Part shown: positions 1 to 11,756 of the stretch, piece by piece
Layout of the letters: every line of letters begins with the position of its first letter
Numbering within the stretch: position 1 is the stretch's first letter
Assembly (NCBI GenBank): GCA_963795165.1
Contig: CAWCGT010000002.1
Span: 94,565 to 158,564 of the forward strand
Source: an uncultured Microthrixaceae bacterium
GTDB taxonomy: Bacteria > Actinomycetota > Acidimicrobiia > Acidimicrobiales > VFJN01
Reading direction: 5' to 3'
Length of the DNA stretch: 64,000 nucleotides
Notes under the pieces: generated by a model
What the model was told of the DNA's origin: nothing
Databases searched by the model: none
Seen by the model: the letters and a program-made list of their open reading frames with translations, nothing else
Program-made: the position numbers and the translations under genes

Positions 1-220
1 CGAGCGGGTGATCGGCGACGCCGACAGCCGGCTCCGGCTCCTCAACGCCCGCCTCGACGAGGCCGCCGCCCGCACCATCGAGCTGTCGGTGCAGGCCAGC
101 GACGTGGCCGACCTCGGCGGGCTCGGTGACGACGTCGACCAGATGGTCGACGAGATGGAGGCCCTGCGGCAGGCCATCGAGGAGACCGGCGGCGGCACGG
201 CGGTGCCGGGCACCGGGTGA
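1..220 (+). CDS. 3' end of hypothetical coiled-coil protein (5'-truncated by window)
   Basis: Helical, acidic ORF (LRLLNARLDEAAARTIEL...EMEALRQAIEE) with GC-typical codons; TGA overlaps the GTG of the next gene. Confidence 0.6.
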   Translation, partial: ERVIGDADSRLRLLNARLDEAAARTIELSVQASDVADLGGLGDDVDQMVDEMEALRQAIEETGGGTAVPGTG

Positions 221-1897
221 CGGACCCATCGCCGGAGCGTCGGCCCCGGCCGACCGGCGCCGCGGGTCGCTACCTGGTGGGCGCCGGCATCCTGCTCTCC
301 CGCATCGCCGGGCTGCTTCGGGAGGTCGCCATCTCCGGCTACCTCGGCGTGGGGGCGGCGGCGGACGCGTTCAAGGCGGCGCTGCGCATCCCCAACCTGC
401 TGCAGAACCTCCTCGGCGAAGGCGTGCTGTCGGCCTCGTTCATCCCGGTCTACGCCCGGCTCGCTCGACGAGGACCGGCGAGGAGGCGGGCCGGCTGGCC
501 GGTGCGGTGGCCGGCCTGCTCTGCGCGCTCACCGGGGTGCTGGTGGTGCTCGGGGTGGTGCTGGCCCGCCCGCTCACGGTCCTGCTCACGCCCGGCTTCT
601 CCGGCGAGCGGCTCGACCTGGCCGTGACGCTGCTGCGCATCATGTTCCCGGGCATCGGGTTCCTGGTGCTGTCGGCCTGGTGCCTCGGCGTCCTCAACAG
701 CCACCGCCGGTTCTTCCTGTCCTACGTGGCGCCGGTGCTCTGGAACGCCGCCCAGATCGCCGTCGTCGTGACCGTCGGGATCCTCGGAGCGTCGGCTGAG
801 GGGATCGCCGAGGCGCTGGCCTGGGGCGTGTTGGCCGGGGGCCTCCTCCAGCTCGCCGTGCAGCTCCCCGCCGTCCGCAGCGCTCACCCCCGGCCTCCGG
901 CTGTCAGCCTCGACCGGTCGTCGCCCGAGATCCGCAGCGTCCTCGGCCGCTTCGGCACCGTGGTGGTCGGACGCGGCGCGGTGCAGCTGCTCACCTACGT
1001 CGACCTCTTTCTCGCCAGCCTCCTCGCTGTCGGCGCGGTGTCGGCCCTCACCTACGCCCAGGTGCTGTACCTCCTGCCCATCAGCCTCTTCGGCATGGCG
1101 GTGGCCGCCGCCGAGCTGCCCGAGCTGTCCCGCCTCGGCCGGGCCGGGCCCGCCGCCATCCGCGAGCGCCTCGCCATCGGCCTGGAGCGCATCACCTTCT
1201 ACGTGGCCTTCACCGTCGCGCTCTACGTCGTTCGCCGGCGACGTGATCGTGGGGGCCCTGCTCCAGCGGGGCGAGTTCGATGCCGCCGACACCCGGCTGG
1301 TCTGGTTCGTCCTCGGTGCGTTCGCCCTCGGCCTGCTCGGCACCACCCGGTCGCGGCTGCTGCAGAACGGGCTCTACGCCCTCGACCGGCCCAAGCTGGT
1401 GGCCCGCATCGCCGTGCTCCGTGTCGCCCTCGCCGCCGTCCTCGGCGCGCTGCTGATGTTCCCGCTCGACCGCCTCGCCGTCGTCGGCTCGTCGGTCCAG
1501 CGACTCGGCGACGTCGGCCTGTCGCCCGCTGCCCGACGCCCTGCGGCTGCGTCGGATGACGGACCACCGCGCCTCGGGCATCGTGGGGCTGGCCCTGGCG
1601 GCCGGCGGCGTCGTCGTGGGTCGAGTACCGACTCCTGCGGGGCGCCCTCGAGTGGCGCATCGGGCCGCTGCCCGGCCTGGGCCACGACGCGCGCTGGTCG
1701 CTGATCGCGGCCGGGAGCCGCCGGCGTCCTCGCGGCCGGTCTCCGGTCCGGTCACCGACGACCTCCCCAGCCTCGCTGCGCCCTTCGTGGTGGTCCTGGT
1801 GCCGGCCGGGCTCACCTACCTCGCCATCACCGCCACGATGGGCGTGCACCGAGGCCCGCGCGCTCGTGGGCCGGGCCCGGCGGCCCTCCCGGCGTGA
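217..1897 (+). CDS. murJ: Lipid II flippase MurJ/MviN (frameshifted in this assembly)
   Basis: LSRIAGLLRE...ADAFKAALRIPNLLQNLLGEGVLSASFIPVY, LGVLNSHRRFF, YLLPISLFG, LLQRGEF motifs spread over ORFs 217-627, 126-1559, 1243-1704, 1556-1897. Confidence 0.9.
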
Positions 1898-1926
1898 TGC
1901 CCCGCCAGCCCACTAGGCTCGCCGCC

Positions 1927-2716
1927 ATGTTCAAGGCACTCAGGCGGTGGTGGAAGTACCTCGGCGCGAAGGTCAACTCGGTCTTCAACACCAAGGCCGA
2001 CCCGAAGATCCAGCTCGAGCAGGCGATCACCGAGGCCCAGGACCAGCACCGCCGGCTCCGCGAGCAGGCGGCCAACGTCATCGCCAACCAGAAGCAGACC
2101 GAGATGCGCCTCGACCGGGCGCATGGAGGAGCTGGAGAAGGTCACCGGCAACGCCACGCCAGGCCGTGCTCATGGCCGACGAGGCCGCCAAGGCCGGCGA
2201 CACGCGCCAAGGTGGCGGAGTACACGTCGGCGGCCGAGTCCTTCGCCACCCGCCTGATCGCCATCGAGGGCGAGGTCGAGGACCTCAAGGCGCTCGCCCT
2301 CCAGTCGTCGCAGGCCTCCGACCAGGCCAAGGCCGCCGTGCAGCAGAACGCCACCGCCCTGCAGCGCAAGCTGTCGGAGCGCAACAAGCTCCTGTCGCAG
2401 CTCGACCAGGCCAAGATGCAGGAGCAGGTGAACAAGGCGATGGCCTCGCTGTCGGAGACGGTCGGCGAGGACGTCCCCACCTTCGACGAGGTGCGCGAGA
2501 AGATCGAGGCCCGCTACGCCAAGGCCAAGGGCATGTCGGAGCTCACCGAGTCGTCGGTCGAGTCCCGGATGCTCGAGGTGGAGCAGGCGGCCGCCAACAG
2601 CGAGGCCCAGGCCCGCCTGGCCCAGATCCGGGCCCAGCTCGGGCTGGCACCGGCGGCACGGCCGAGGCCACGCCGCCGCCGCCGAGCCGGCACCCGGCGA
2701 GGCCGGGTCCGCCTGA
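1927..2716 (+). CDS. pspA: PspA/IM30 family protein (frameshifted)
   Basis: ADPKIQLEQAITEAQDQHRRLREQAANVIANQ, KLLSQLDQAKMQEQV, PTFDEVREKIEARYA; -10-like TAGGCT 7 nt before ATG. Confidence 0.9.
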
Positions 2717-3333
2717 CCGACGACGTCGGCGTCGGGCCCCACCCGCCGCCCTGGCCCGACGACCCGCGGCTCGACCCCGAGCTCCTGGCCGCCGGTGACC
2801 GCCGCAACGTCGCCGACCGCTACCGCTACTGGACGGTCGAGGCCATCGTCGCCGACCTCGACGGTCGCCGGCACCCGTTCCACGTCGCCATCGAGAACTG
2901 GGCGCACGACCTCAACATCGGCACCGTCGTGCGCAACGCCAACGCCTTCCTCGCCGGCAGCCGTGCACATCGTGGGCCGGCGCCGGTGGAACCGGCGGGG
3001 CGCGATGGTGACCGACCGCTACCAGCACGTCGTCCACCACCCCACCGTCGGTGACCTGGTGCGCCTGGGCCCGAGCGGCGGGCCTCCCGCTGGTGGGCAT
3101 CGACAACCTCCCCGGCGCGGTGCCCTCGAGTCGACCGCGCTGCCCAGAGCGCTGCGTGCTGCTGTTCGGCCAGGAGGGCCCGGGCTGTCCGCCGGCGCCA
3201 CGAGCGGCCTGCGACCATCGTGTGCTCGATCGCCCAGCAGGGCTCCACCCGCTCGATCAACGCCGGCGTGGCCTCCGGGATCGCCATGCACACGTGGCTG
3301 CGCCAGCACGGCATCGTGGAGGACGGACGCTAG
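2713..3333 (+). CDS. TrmH/SpoU family RNA methyltransferase (frameshifted)
   Basis: GDRRNVADRYRYW, AIENWAHDLNIGTVVRNANAF, LLFGQEGPG, GSTRSINAGVASGIAMH SPOUT motifs. Confidence 0.85.
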
Positions 3334-4434
3334 GGCAGGACGACGAGGTCGTCGCGGTGGACGACCTCGTGGGGGACGCCCTCGGGAAGGTCCTGCGTGC
3401 GCCGCCCGACCACCTCGCGGAGGCCGACCGAGCCGAGCCGCACCAGGCCCTTGGCGAACACCTGGCCGTCGGCCCCGGCGATCTCCACGGCGTCGTCCAC
3501 CTCGAAGCTGCCCTTGACGCCCGTGACCCCGGCGGCCAGCAGCGAGACGCCCGCGATCGAGCAGGGCCCGGCGGGCACCGTCGTCGACCACGATGGTGCC
3601 GGTGGAGCCGACCGCGAAGGCGATCCAGAGCTTCCGGGCCGGCAGCCGCCGGCTCTTCGGGTGCACCACCGTGCCGACGCCGGGCACGCCGGCGACGACC
3701 GCTTCGAGGACATCGCCCTCGCGGGAGGCCTGCGCGATCACGGCCTTGACGCCCGACCAGGCGGCGATCTTGGCCGCCGCCAGCTTGGACGCCATCCCGC
3801 CGCTGCCCCGGGCGCAGCCGGTGCCGCCGGCCGAGCGCCTCGAGCGAGTGGTCCACCTCCACGATCTCCTCGATCAGCGACGCCGACGAGTCGAGCCGCG
3901 GATCGGCGGTGAGCAGGCCCGGCGTGTCGGTGAGCAGCACCAGCAGGTCGGCGGCCAGCAGGTGGGCGACGAGCGCCGCCAGGCGGTCGTTGTCGCCGAA
4001 GCGGATCTCGTCGTCGGCGATGGCGTCGTTCTCGTTCACCACCGGGACCACGCCGAGGTCGAGCAGCCGACCGAGCGTGGCCCGGGCGTGGAGGTACTGC
4101 TGACGGATGGTGAAGTCGAGGGGGGCGAGGAGCACCTGGCCGCTCACCAGCCCGTGCGTCGGCCAGCGCGCCTCGTAGACCCGCATGAGGCGGGTCTGCC
4201 CCACCGCCGAGGCCGCCTGCAGCGTGACGGCGTCGCGCGGCCGATCGCCCGCCACTGCCGTACCCGAGGGCGGGCAGGCCCGGCCGCGATGGCGCCCGAG
4301 GTCACCAGCACCACCCGGTGGCCCTGGGCCCGCAGGGCGGCGGTCTCGGCGCAGAACTTGCCGACCGCCGCGGCGTCGATGTCGCCCTCGGCGGTGGTGA
4401 TCGACGACGTGCCGATCTTGGTGACGACGATCAC
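3330..4434 (-). CDS. proB: Glutamate 5-kinase with PUA domain (frameshifted)
   Basis: [51 protein letters not shown]-terminal [11 protein letters not shown]. Confidence 0.95.
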
Positions 4435-5682
4435 CGGTCGTCCTCGTAGTCGAAGGCCAGGCGACCGATGTGCACGGTGTCGCCGGGCGGGCACCGGCCC
4501 GGGCCAGCGCCTTGTCGATGCCGAGGGCCTTGCAGACGGCGGTGGGCCTCGTCCAGGGCCTCGGCGTTGGTGAGGTCGGACAGGGCGACGGCCCGCTGCG
4601 CCTGACGGCCCGACCACGGCCCACGCCCCGTAGTCGTCGCGCTCGATGCGGTAGCCGCTCGGCGACGGGACGGTGCACCACGAAGGCGTCCGGCTCGGGG
4701 AGCTCCGCCCGGCGCCTCGGCACCGCTTCGGCCATCTGGCCGACGAGGGTGCGCAGCCCTGCACCGGTGAGGGCCGACGATGCGCGTGCCCGTCGAACAC
4801 CAGGCCGGGGTCCGCAAGGTCGGCTCGGGATCCCACGACGAGACGGGGACGGTCCAGGAGCTCGGGCTGGTAGTCGACCCAGCTCGCCGGAGGAGGATCC
4901 GCTCCTGCTCGGAGGGTGGGTGCTCGGCCAGCGGCGAGCCAGGTCGAGCAGCAGCACCAGCACGCGTGCCCGCTCGACGTGGCGGAGGAACTGGTGCCCC
5001 AGCCCCGCCCCTCGCTGGCCCCCTCGATGAGACCGGGGAGGTCGGCCACGACGAACTCGGTCTCGTCGTCGAGCCGCACCACGCCGAGGTTCGGCTCGAG
5101 GGTGGTGAAGGGGTAGTCGGCGATCTTGGGCTTGGCGGCCGAGATGGTGGAGATGAGCGTGGACTTCCCGACGCTCGGGAAGCCCACGAGGGCCACGTCG
5201 GCCATCAGCTTGAGCTCCAGTCGCAGCCAGCGCTCCTCGCCGAGCTCGCCCTGCTCGGCGAAGGCCGGGGGCCCGACGCCGGTTGGACAGGAACCGGGCG
5301 TTGCCGCGACCGCCCCGCCCTCCCTCGGCGGCCAGCCAGCGGTCGCCAGGGTGGAGGAGGTCGGCCAGCATCGGTGCCGTCCTGGTCCCGCACCATCGTG
5401 CCCTCGGGCACGGGCACCTCGAGGTCGGTGCCCCCGCGGCCGTGCTTGCGCTTGCCCTGGCCGTGGGTACCGCTGTTGGCAGCTCGGTGGGGGTGGTCGC
5501 GGAAGGCGATCAGGGAGGCCACGTTGCGGTCGACGACGAGCCACACGTCGCCGCCGTCGCCGCCGTCGCCCCCGTCGGGGCCGCCGAAGGGCACGTGGGC
5601 CTCCCGGCGGAAGCTCGACCGAGCCGGCGCCGCCGTCGCCGCCCTTGACGTGGAGACCGCACTCGTCGACGAACTGCGACAC
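4431..5682 (-). CDS. obgE: GTPase ObgE/CgtA (frameshifted)
   Basis: FVDE...[59 protein letters not shown]. Confidence 0.95.
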
Positions 5683-5721
5683 CTGGCGAGGCTACCGACC
5701 CGTCACGGCGTCGAGGTCCGC

Positions 5722-7965
5722 CTACTGGGTGAGGTGGACCGGGTTGCCCTCGATCCGGGCCTGCCAGGTGGTCACGTCCTGCGACGACTCGCGTGAACGC
5801 GGTACTCGATGCCCCACCAGCAGGAGTTGGCGTCGACCTCGGGGTTGACGGGGTTCGACGGGCTGCTGAGGTTGCACGTGTAGTCAGAGGGGAGGTCGAT
5901 GCGGATGGTGAGCCAGGTGCCGTTGAAGCGCCGGGCGCCGCCCGTGGCGGTGGTGATCCCGCACCGGCTGTTGTCGTCGGAGGGCTGCGGGTGAGGCGTA
6001 GGTGGCACCGGTGGGGTCACCGCCGCTCTGCACCGGGTTGGGGGCCGGCGACGACGTGTAGGAGCAGGCCGCCGCGGGCACGTCCGCCACCGGTCGCGGG
6101 ACGGTCGGCGACGGCTTCTTGGGGTACATGCTGGCGTTGCCGTTGAGCACGTCGCCCGGATCCCAGAGGTCGACGACGAGCGTCTGCCCTGCGTACTGGG
6201 GGCCCACCTCGGCCAGGTAGAAGGTGGCCGGCGGCGGGGTGCACGGCGTGGGGCTGCAGGCGTTGTTGTTGTACATCCCCATGTTGGCGTAGGCGTAGAG
6301 CGCCGGCTGGTTGGCGTTGGCGTGGCTGCCGCCCGTCACCGCCTCGAGGGCGTACCCGTTCACGCCGTTGCCGGCGGTGCCCGGGGTCTGGACGTTCACG
6401 AGGTAGGTAGACCCCGGCACCGGGCCAGTGATGGTGCAGAGGCGCCGCCACGTGCCGGTGAAGGCGGTGTTGGCGGCGCCGTTCACGCGTCCAGTTGCAG
6501 CTGCCGTCGGTCTCGTCGCCGGTGGCCGAGGCGAACACGGGGGTGCGGCCGGTGAAGTCGAGCGGGTTGGTCTGCTCGGTACACCCGGTACTCGGTGGGG
6601 AAGGTCGGATCCACTGCTGAAGGACCGGTCACCGGCCAAGACGGTCGAGGCTGCCGTTGGTGTTGTGGGAGGCGTCGAAGACGTTGATGTCGATGGAGCC
6701 CACCGTGGCGGCCGGGCATCTTCACCACGTACCAGTAGCCCCGGTCGGGGTCGGTGAGGTCCTTGTACTCGAGGTTCTGCACCGACCCGCAGTTCACGGT
6801 GGTGTAGCACGCGGGTGGAGAAGATGTCCCCGTTGGTGGCAATGGTGGCCGGGCCCTCGATCTGGGCCCAGAACCCGGGTGACCGGGTGGGCGAGATCGG
6901 GTTCGGTGCGGTCGTGGTGGTGCTGGAGATGTCGGCGTTCCAGCGGCACAGCTGGTTGCCGTCGGGCGTGTGGGCGTCGCCGATCGCGCGAGCCGGGGTT
7001 GCAGGGAGGAAGCCCCCAGACGCCGGCCAGAAGCCACCCCCGGGACCAGAGGTCTCGTAGCCCACGCGGCAAGCCCGGTTGGCGGGGGTCACGGTGTTGG
7101 CAAAGCTGGGGATCGTCGAGGCGTTCGTGGCGTAGTTGCCCCAGGAGCACACCGTCCCCCCGCTGGTGTTGGTGCTCCAGCCGGAGCCCTGCCAGCGACC
7201 GAAGATGGTCCCGGGCGAGACGCCGTCGCGGTAGGCCCAGCAGGTGGGGTTGGTGGCGGCCCGAGTGCTGTAGTCGGGCGGCGGCACGGGGGTGGTGCCG
7301 GCGGCAGGCGATCCCGTCACCGTCCACTGGCACTGCGTGCTGCCGCTGAAGCCGGTGGGGTTGTAGGTGGGCGGGCTGCCGCTCCACCGGCCCAGGCCCT
7401 GAGCCGACGAGGTGCCCACGTTGCAAGCGCCGTTGATGGGGGCGCGGGCGGTGTAGTCGAGCGGCCAGGTCACGGCGTAGGTGGTGACAGGCGCTTGGGC
7501 GGTGCGGGTGTGGTCGCCGCCGAAGAAGTTGAGCGGGCTGCCCAGGGGGATGGGGAGGTTGTACTCCGCCTCGGCCGCCCGCGAGAGCCGCTGGTCGCCG
7601 GAGCCCATCACCTGCGAGAAGTAGCGGGCGGCGCTGGGATCGGTGACGGTGACGCGCAACGAGGTGGATGTGGAGCCGCGGGCCACCGTGACCTCGAAGG
7701 GGCCGGTGCCGCACGACGGGCCTCCGGTCATCCCGTTCTCTCGCAGGCTGGCGCAGGCCACCGTGGTGGACTTGGTGAGGTCGGGCATCCAGACCGTGCC
7801 GGCAAGCGCGGCGGCGTCGGCCGACTTCTGCACGAAGCTGATCCGCGAGTACCAGCTGGCCAGGTCGACCCCGAAGGCCGCGAAGATCATCAGGGGCACG
7901 AGGGCAAGGGCCGTGATGACGATGGCCACCCCTTTGTCGCCACGGCCTCGCTGACGGTCGCTCAT
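5722..7965 (-). CDS. TadG-like pilus-associated protein, module 1 (frameshifts in 3' half)
   Basis: Prepilin-like N-terminus KGVAIVITALALVPLMIFAAFGVDL...QKSADAAALAG; IPLGSP; Cys/Thr/Gly-rich body; C-terminus DVTTWQARIEGNPVHLTQ*. Confidence 0.85.
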
Positions 7966-7981
7966 CGGTGCTCCTGTGGGC

Positions 7982-8569
7982 CTAGCCATCGATGTCGGGC
8001 TGCAGCCGGTAGATGCTGGTCCGGGTGATGGTGAAGTTGCCGAACCCCGCCCCGGTCTTGGAGTCGTGGCGCGTGCGGACGTACACGCCGAGGTAGTCGG
8101 GAGGGTCGGCCAGGGAGTCGTTTCGAAGCTCTCCGCGCCAGGAGTCGTCGGCCGTGCCGAGGTTGGAGGTGTCGGTCACGGTGCGAACGGTGGCCCCCGT
8201 GTAGGAGTTGCACGAGCCCGCCACACCGGCCTGGCTCGTGCTCCCGGTCGGCTTGATGCAGCCCGTGGGGATGCCGCCATCGGCGTTGCTGGGCTTGAAC
8301 ACCACCACCCGGTCCAGGTTGGCCAGCGCCTCGGCGGGCAGCGAGGCCCGGAGGGCCACCAGGATGCTCCGGTCCGCATCGGGGTCGCGCCCGGCAGCCG
8401 AGCCCACTCTGGAGGCGGTGGAGACCGCTCCCTCCACCCGGTTGTGCGCGGTCCAGGCCATGCCGGTCTCGGCCGTGCCGAAGGCCAGCAGCACGAGGAG
8501 CGGGATCACGAGGGCGAACTCGAGGACGGCTGCCCCTCGGTCGCCGTGGATGCGTCGCCCCCTCGTCAC
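7982..8569 (-). CDS. TadE family minor pilin
   Basis: RGAAVLEFALVIPLLVLLAFGTAE type IVc prepilin motif. Confidence 0.9.
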   Translation of the reverse strand: MTRGRRIHGDRGAAVLEFALVIPLLVLLAFGTAETGMAWTAHNRVEGAVSTASRVGSAAGRDPDADRSILVALRASLPAEALANLDRVVVFKPSNADGGIPTGCIKPTGSTSQAGVAGSCNSYTGATVRTVTDTSNLGTADDSWRGELRNDSLADPPDYLGVYVRTRHDSKTGAGFGNFTITRTSIYRLQPDIDG

Positions 8570-9315
8570 GGGGACACCACCCCGTAGTTGTCGGGCTCCA
8601 GCAGGTTGATCCCATTCTCGGTGATGGTCAGATCGTCACCCAAGATGCCGGTGAGGTAGGTGTGCGTGGCCCGGATGTGCACGCCGAGGTGATCGGGCCG
8701 CAGCTGCTCGGCCAACGGGGTCCCACGCGGAGACACGCCCACCTTCCGGTCCTTGGGCGACCAGTTGCAGTCCAGCTTGTGGCTGCCCGCCGGATCCCCT
8801 GACCCGGTGCAGCCGAAGTAGTAGGTGGCAGGCTGGGCGGCCAAGCCCCGAGCCATGTCGAACGCGCCACCGGGGGCGGTGGGCCGGACGTAGACGTTGC
8901 AGGCCTTCGATCCCCCCTGCCCCAGCGACGTGGAGTTGGGGGTGGTGGCAGCACCGGCGGCGGCGACGCAGCCGGCGGGCACTGTCTCCCCGGGCCCGTC
9001 GGCGTGCCAGACCACCACGTACTCGATCTCGCCGCTACCGATCCCGGCCGCCTCCCGGGCCATCCGCTCGAGGACGAACTGGTCGGCCATGGCGTCATTG
9101 CCGGCCACGCTGGCCGCCCGTCCGCCTGCCCGCACGGCGTTCGAGGCGCTGGAGTAGGACTTCAGGGCGCCCCCGATCTCCAGGATCCCGAAGATCATCG
9201 TGAAGAGGAGCGGGAGCACGATGACCGCCTCGACGAGGGTGGCGCCGCCGTCGCCCGCCCGGCGCACACGGCGCGCGAGCCCGCTGGCTGCCCGCACTCC
9301 TCCCGTCGTCTTCAC
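8566..9315 (-). CDS. TadE family minor pilin
   Basis: GGATLVEAVIVLPLLFTMIFGILE...AVRAGGR. Confidence 0.9.
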   Translation of the reverse strand: MKTTGGVRAASGLARRVRRAGDGGATLVEAVIVLPLLFTMIFGILEIGGALKSYSSASNAVRAGGRAASVAGNDAMADQFVLERMAREAAGIGSGEIEYVVVWHADGPGETVPAGCVAAAGAATTPNSTSLGQGGSKACNVYVRPTAPGGAFDMARGLAAQPATYYFGCTGSGDPAGSHKLDCNWSPKDRKVGVSPRGTPLAEQLRPDHLGVHIRATHTYLTGILGDDLTITENGINLLEPDNYGVVSP

Positions 9316-9406
9316 CAGACCCGCCTTTCACTCTCACCCACATAGCGTGTCAGGCGTACTACGTTACGCGCGGGCAGCCTCGACCGCCAGCCCCCAATCG
9401 GTGGGA

Positions 9407-11164
9407 CTACTCGACGAGGCGGACCGGATCCCCGGCCACGTCAGCCGACCACGTGGTGGTGTCGTTGACGGACCCGGCAAACGGCGCCCGAACGGTGATC
9501 CAGCACCCGAAGGGGTCGTTTTCATCACAGGTGTAGCCCGCTGGCAACGGGACCGAGACCTGCATGAGCTGGGAGTTGAGGGCGCCAGCGTTGAAGGCGA
9601 AGGAGCAGTTGCCCTGGGGGGTGAAGGTGCCTCCGCTCGAGGCGTAGGTGCAGCCGGCGAACGAGCCCCCCACCTCTGCCGGCGGGACCACCTGCATGGA
9701 GCCAGAGCTGCCGCCATCGGAGATGTCCCAGAGCGAGATCTTGAGCACCCGGTCGGCACCGCTGGGCAGCACCCGAGCCAGGTAGAACTGGGTGTCGGCG
9801 CCGCTGGCGTTGGCGTAGATCGGCAGGCGGCCGTTGGCGAACAGCTTGACGCTGTCCCCGAAGGAGCCCGACGCCGGGTCGCCCGTGCCGGCGCGGATCG
9901 AGTAGCGGTTGTGTCCCCAGCTGTTCACGGTGTCTTGCCCGGCCACGAGCGGCTGCCCGTCGGGGGCGTTGGTGCGGACCTGCAGGATGTAGCGGCCGAC
10001 GCTCGGGACGGGGATCTCGCACACGGTCACCCACCGCCGGAAGCTGTTGGCGAGCGTCTGCTGGAACCCGCCCCCGTGGGTGACCTTCGATTCGGGCCCG
10101 GAGGCGAGGTGGCCCTGGATCCCGTTGCCACCGTTTCGCATCCAGGCGTCGTCCCGACCGGTGAACTGCATGGGCTGGCAGGTGGCGTCGGTCACCGGAG
10201 GGTTGTCCGTGTCCACGAAGGGGGTGGAGTCGGGCTGCCGCACCACGTAGGTGGTGGTCACCGGGTTGGCGCCGCCCTCGGCGCCGGCCCGGAAGTCGCC
10301 GGTGCACCACTCTCGGCTGTTGCCCGCCACGTAGCGGACGGCCGCGTTGTCGTGCCAGGTGTCGGGGATGTCGGGGTCGGCCACCGCGGCGGCCTGCAGG
10401 GCCCCCTGGTTGGCGTTGAACACGGCCGGGCTCAGCGTGCAGCGGTCGCCCACCTCGTACAAGGCAGGGTCGAAGATCTGGATGCGGAGCGGCCCCGAGG
10501 CGGCAGCGTCCACCTCCACGGCGTAGAAGTGCCCGGCCGGGGAGTACGACGGGTTGGTGATCACGCCGCTCTGGCACGGGCCGAGCACCGTCCCGGTGCA
10601 GAGCCCGGCCTGGTAGCGGTCGCCGTTGCCGGCCCGGTTCCGAACCGAGGCGACGTTCATCCAGTGGTCGGTGATGTCGCCGTTCTCGGGGTCGTTGCCG
10701 AGGTTGTTGTCGGGGCTGCCCATGGGGACGGGCCCGATGAACTCGGCCACAGCCCGGCGGGTGATGGTGGTGCGGTCGACGCCGAGCAGGCCCATGAAGG
10801 GGTTCCGCACGGTGGTGCGCACCGTCACCTCGAGCTGCTGCGGGGCGTCCCCCTGGGTGGCGGTGGCCTGGGAGCGGGGGTAGCCGTTGGCCTCGACGAT
10901 GTCGTAGGCCTTGTCCTGGGCGTTGGGCAGGTCGCCAGGGAGGAACGTGACCCCGGCCAGCGCGCCGGCGTCGGCCGCCCGCTGCACCTCCTGGGAGTTC
11001 CGCCACAGGTTCCAGAGGTCGAGGCCCAGCCCCGCCATGGCCATGAACACGATCAGGGCCAAGGCGAAGTACACCATGGCGAAGCCGCCGTCGTCGGAGG
11101 CGGCCCGCCGGCGGGGGCGGGGGGTGACGGCAGTCGTCTCGGCATCGGTCGCAGTCATGGACAC
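9407..11164 (-). CDS. TadG-like pilus-associated protein, module 2
   Basis: GGFAMVYFALALIVFMAMAGLGLDL...QRAADAGALAG; VPMGSP; C-terminus DTTTWSADVAGDPVRLVE*; intact 585-aa ORF. Confidence 0.9.
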   Translation of the reverse strand: MSMTATDAETTAVTPRPRRRAASDDGGFAMVYFALALIVFMAMAGLGLDLWNLWRNSQEVQRAADAGALAGVTFLPGDLPNAQDKAYDIVEANGYPRSQATATQGDAPQQLEVTVRTTVRNPFMGLLGVDRTTITRRAVAEFIGPVPMGSPDNNLGNDPENGDITDHWMNVASVRNRAGNGDRYQAGLCTGTVLGPCQSGVITNPSYSPAGHFYAVEVDAAASGPLRIQIFDPALYEVGDRCTLSPAVFNANQGALQAAAVADPDIPDTWHDNAAVRYVAGNSREWCTGDFRAGAEGGANPVTTTYVVRQPDSTPFVDTDNPPVTDATCQPMQFTGRDDAWMRNGGNGIQGHLASGPESKVTHGGGFQQTLANSFRRWVTVCEIPVPSVGRYILQVRTNAPDGQPLVAGQDTVNSWGHNRYSIRAGTGDPASGSFGDSVKLFANGRLPIYANASGADTQFYLARVLPSGADRVLKISLWDISDGGSSGSMQVVPPAEVGGSFAGCTYASSGGTFTPQGNCSFAFNAGALNSQLMQVSVPLPAGYTCDENDPFGCWITVRAPFAGSVNDTTTWSADVAGDPVRLVE

Positions 11165-11174
11165 GCAGCCCTCC

Positions 11175-11756
11175 TCACACCGGGCACTGGTGGGTTGGAA
11201 GCGGTTCCAGGCGCAGGGCGGTGCGCTCCCGGATGGTCTTGTCGGCGTTGCCGATCACCCCGGTGATGAGGCTGTGGCGGACCTCCACCATCACCCCCAC
11301 GTCGTCGACGGCCGGGCTCAACGTGGTGCTGCAGGCGTCCACCACCGTCCAGAGCGAGCTCGAGCCCGCCTGGTAGTCGAACTCGTCGTTGACGTCGTCC
11401 CAGGTGTACCGCATGCAGTCGGACGTGCACTCAAGACCGCCCGCGGGCATCCCGGAGGCCGTGGCCTTGTAGATCCACATCTGGGTGGGGGTCCCCTGAC
11501 CTGTCAGGGCGGCGAGGTCATCCTCCACCACTGCCTTGATGTCGTCGCCCACCGCCAGCTTGTCGGCCCGGGTGGCGAAGTGGGCGGTGGCGTAGCGGGC
11601 CCCGTCGCGCGTCGAGGAGATGGTGGTCGATGACGACGAGAAGTACATCCCGAACTCGATCACGGCGAAGGTGAGCCCGAAGAGGATGGGAAGGGCGAAC
11701 ACGGCCTCCACCAGCACGGCGCCGCGGTGGCCTCGGGCGCGGCGGCGCCTCAGCAC
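11175..11756 (-). CDS. TadE family minor pilin
   Basis: RGAVLVEAVFALPILFGLTFAVIEFG...TRDGARYA; GTG start overlaps the upstream gene's end. Confidence 0.9.
   Translation of the reverse strand: MLRRRRARGHRGAVLVEAVFALPILFGLTFAVIEFGMYFSSSSTTISSTRDGARYATAHFATRADKLAVGDDIKAVVEDDLAALTGQGTPTQMWIYKATASGMPAGGLECTSDCMRYTWDDVNDEFDYQAGSSSLWTVVDACSTTLSPAVDDVGVMVEVRHSLITGVIGNADKTIRERTALRLEPLPTHQCPV

Noticed and set aside
9200-11266. Long opposite-strand or alternate-frame ORFs (e.g. 9200-11266, 15497-17707, 20478-23072, 16026-19163)
   Set aside because: Shadow ORFs expected at very high GC, or chimeras of frameshifted real genes; no independent motifs.
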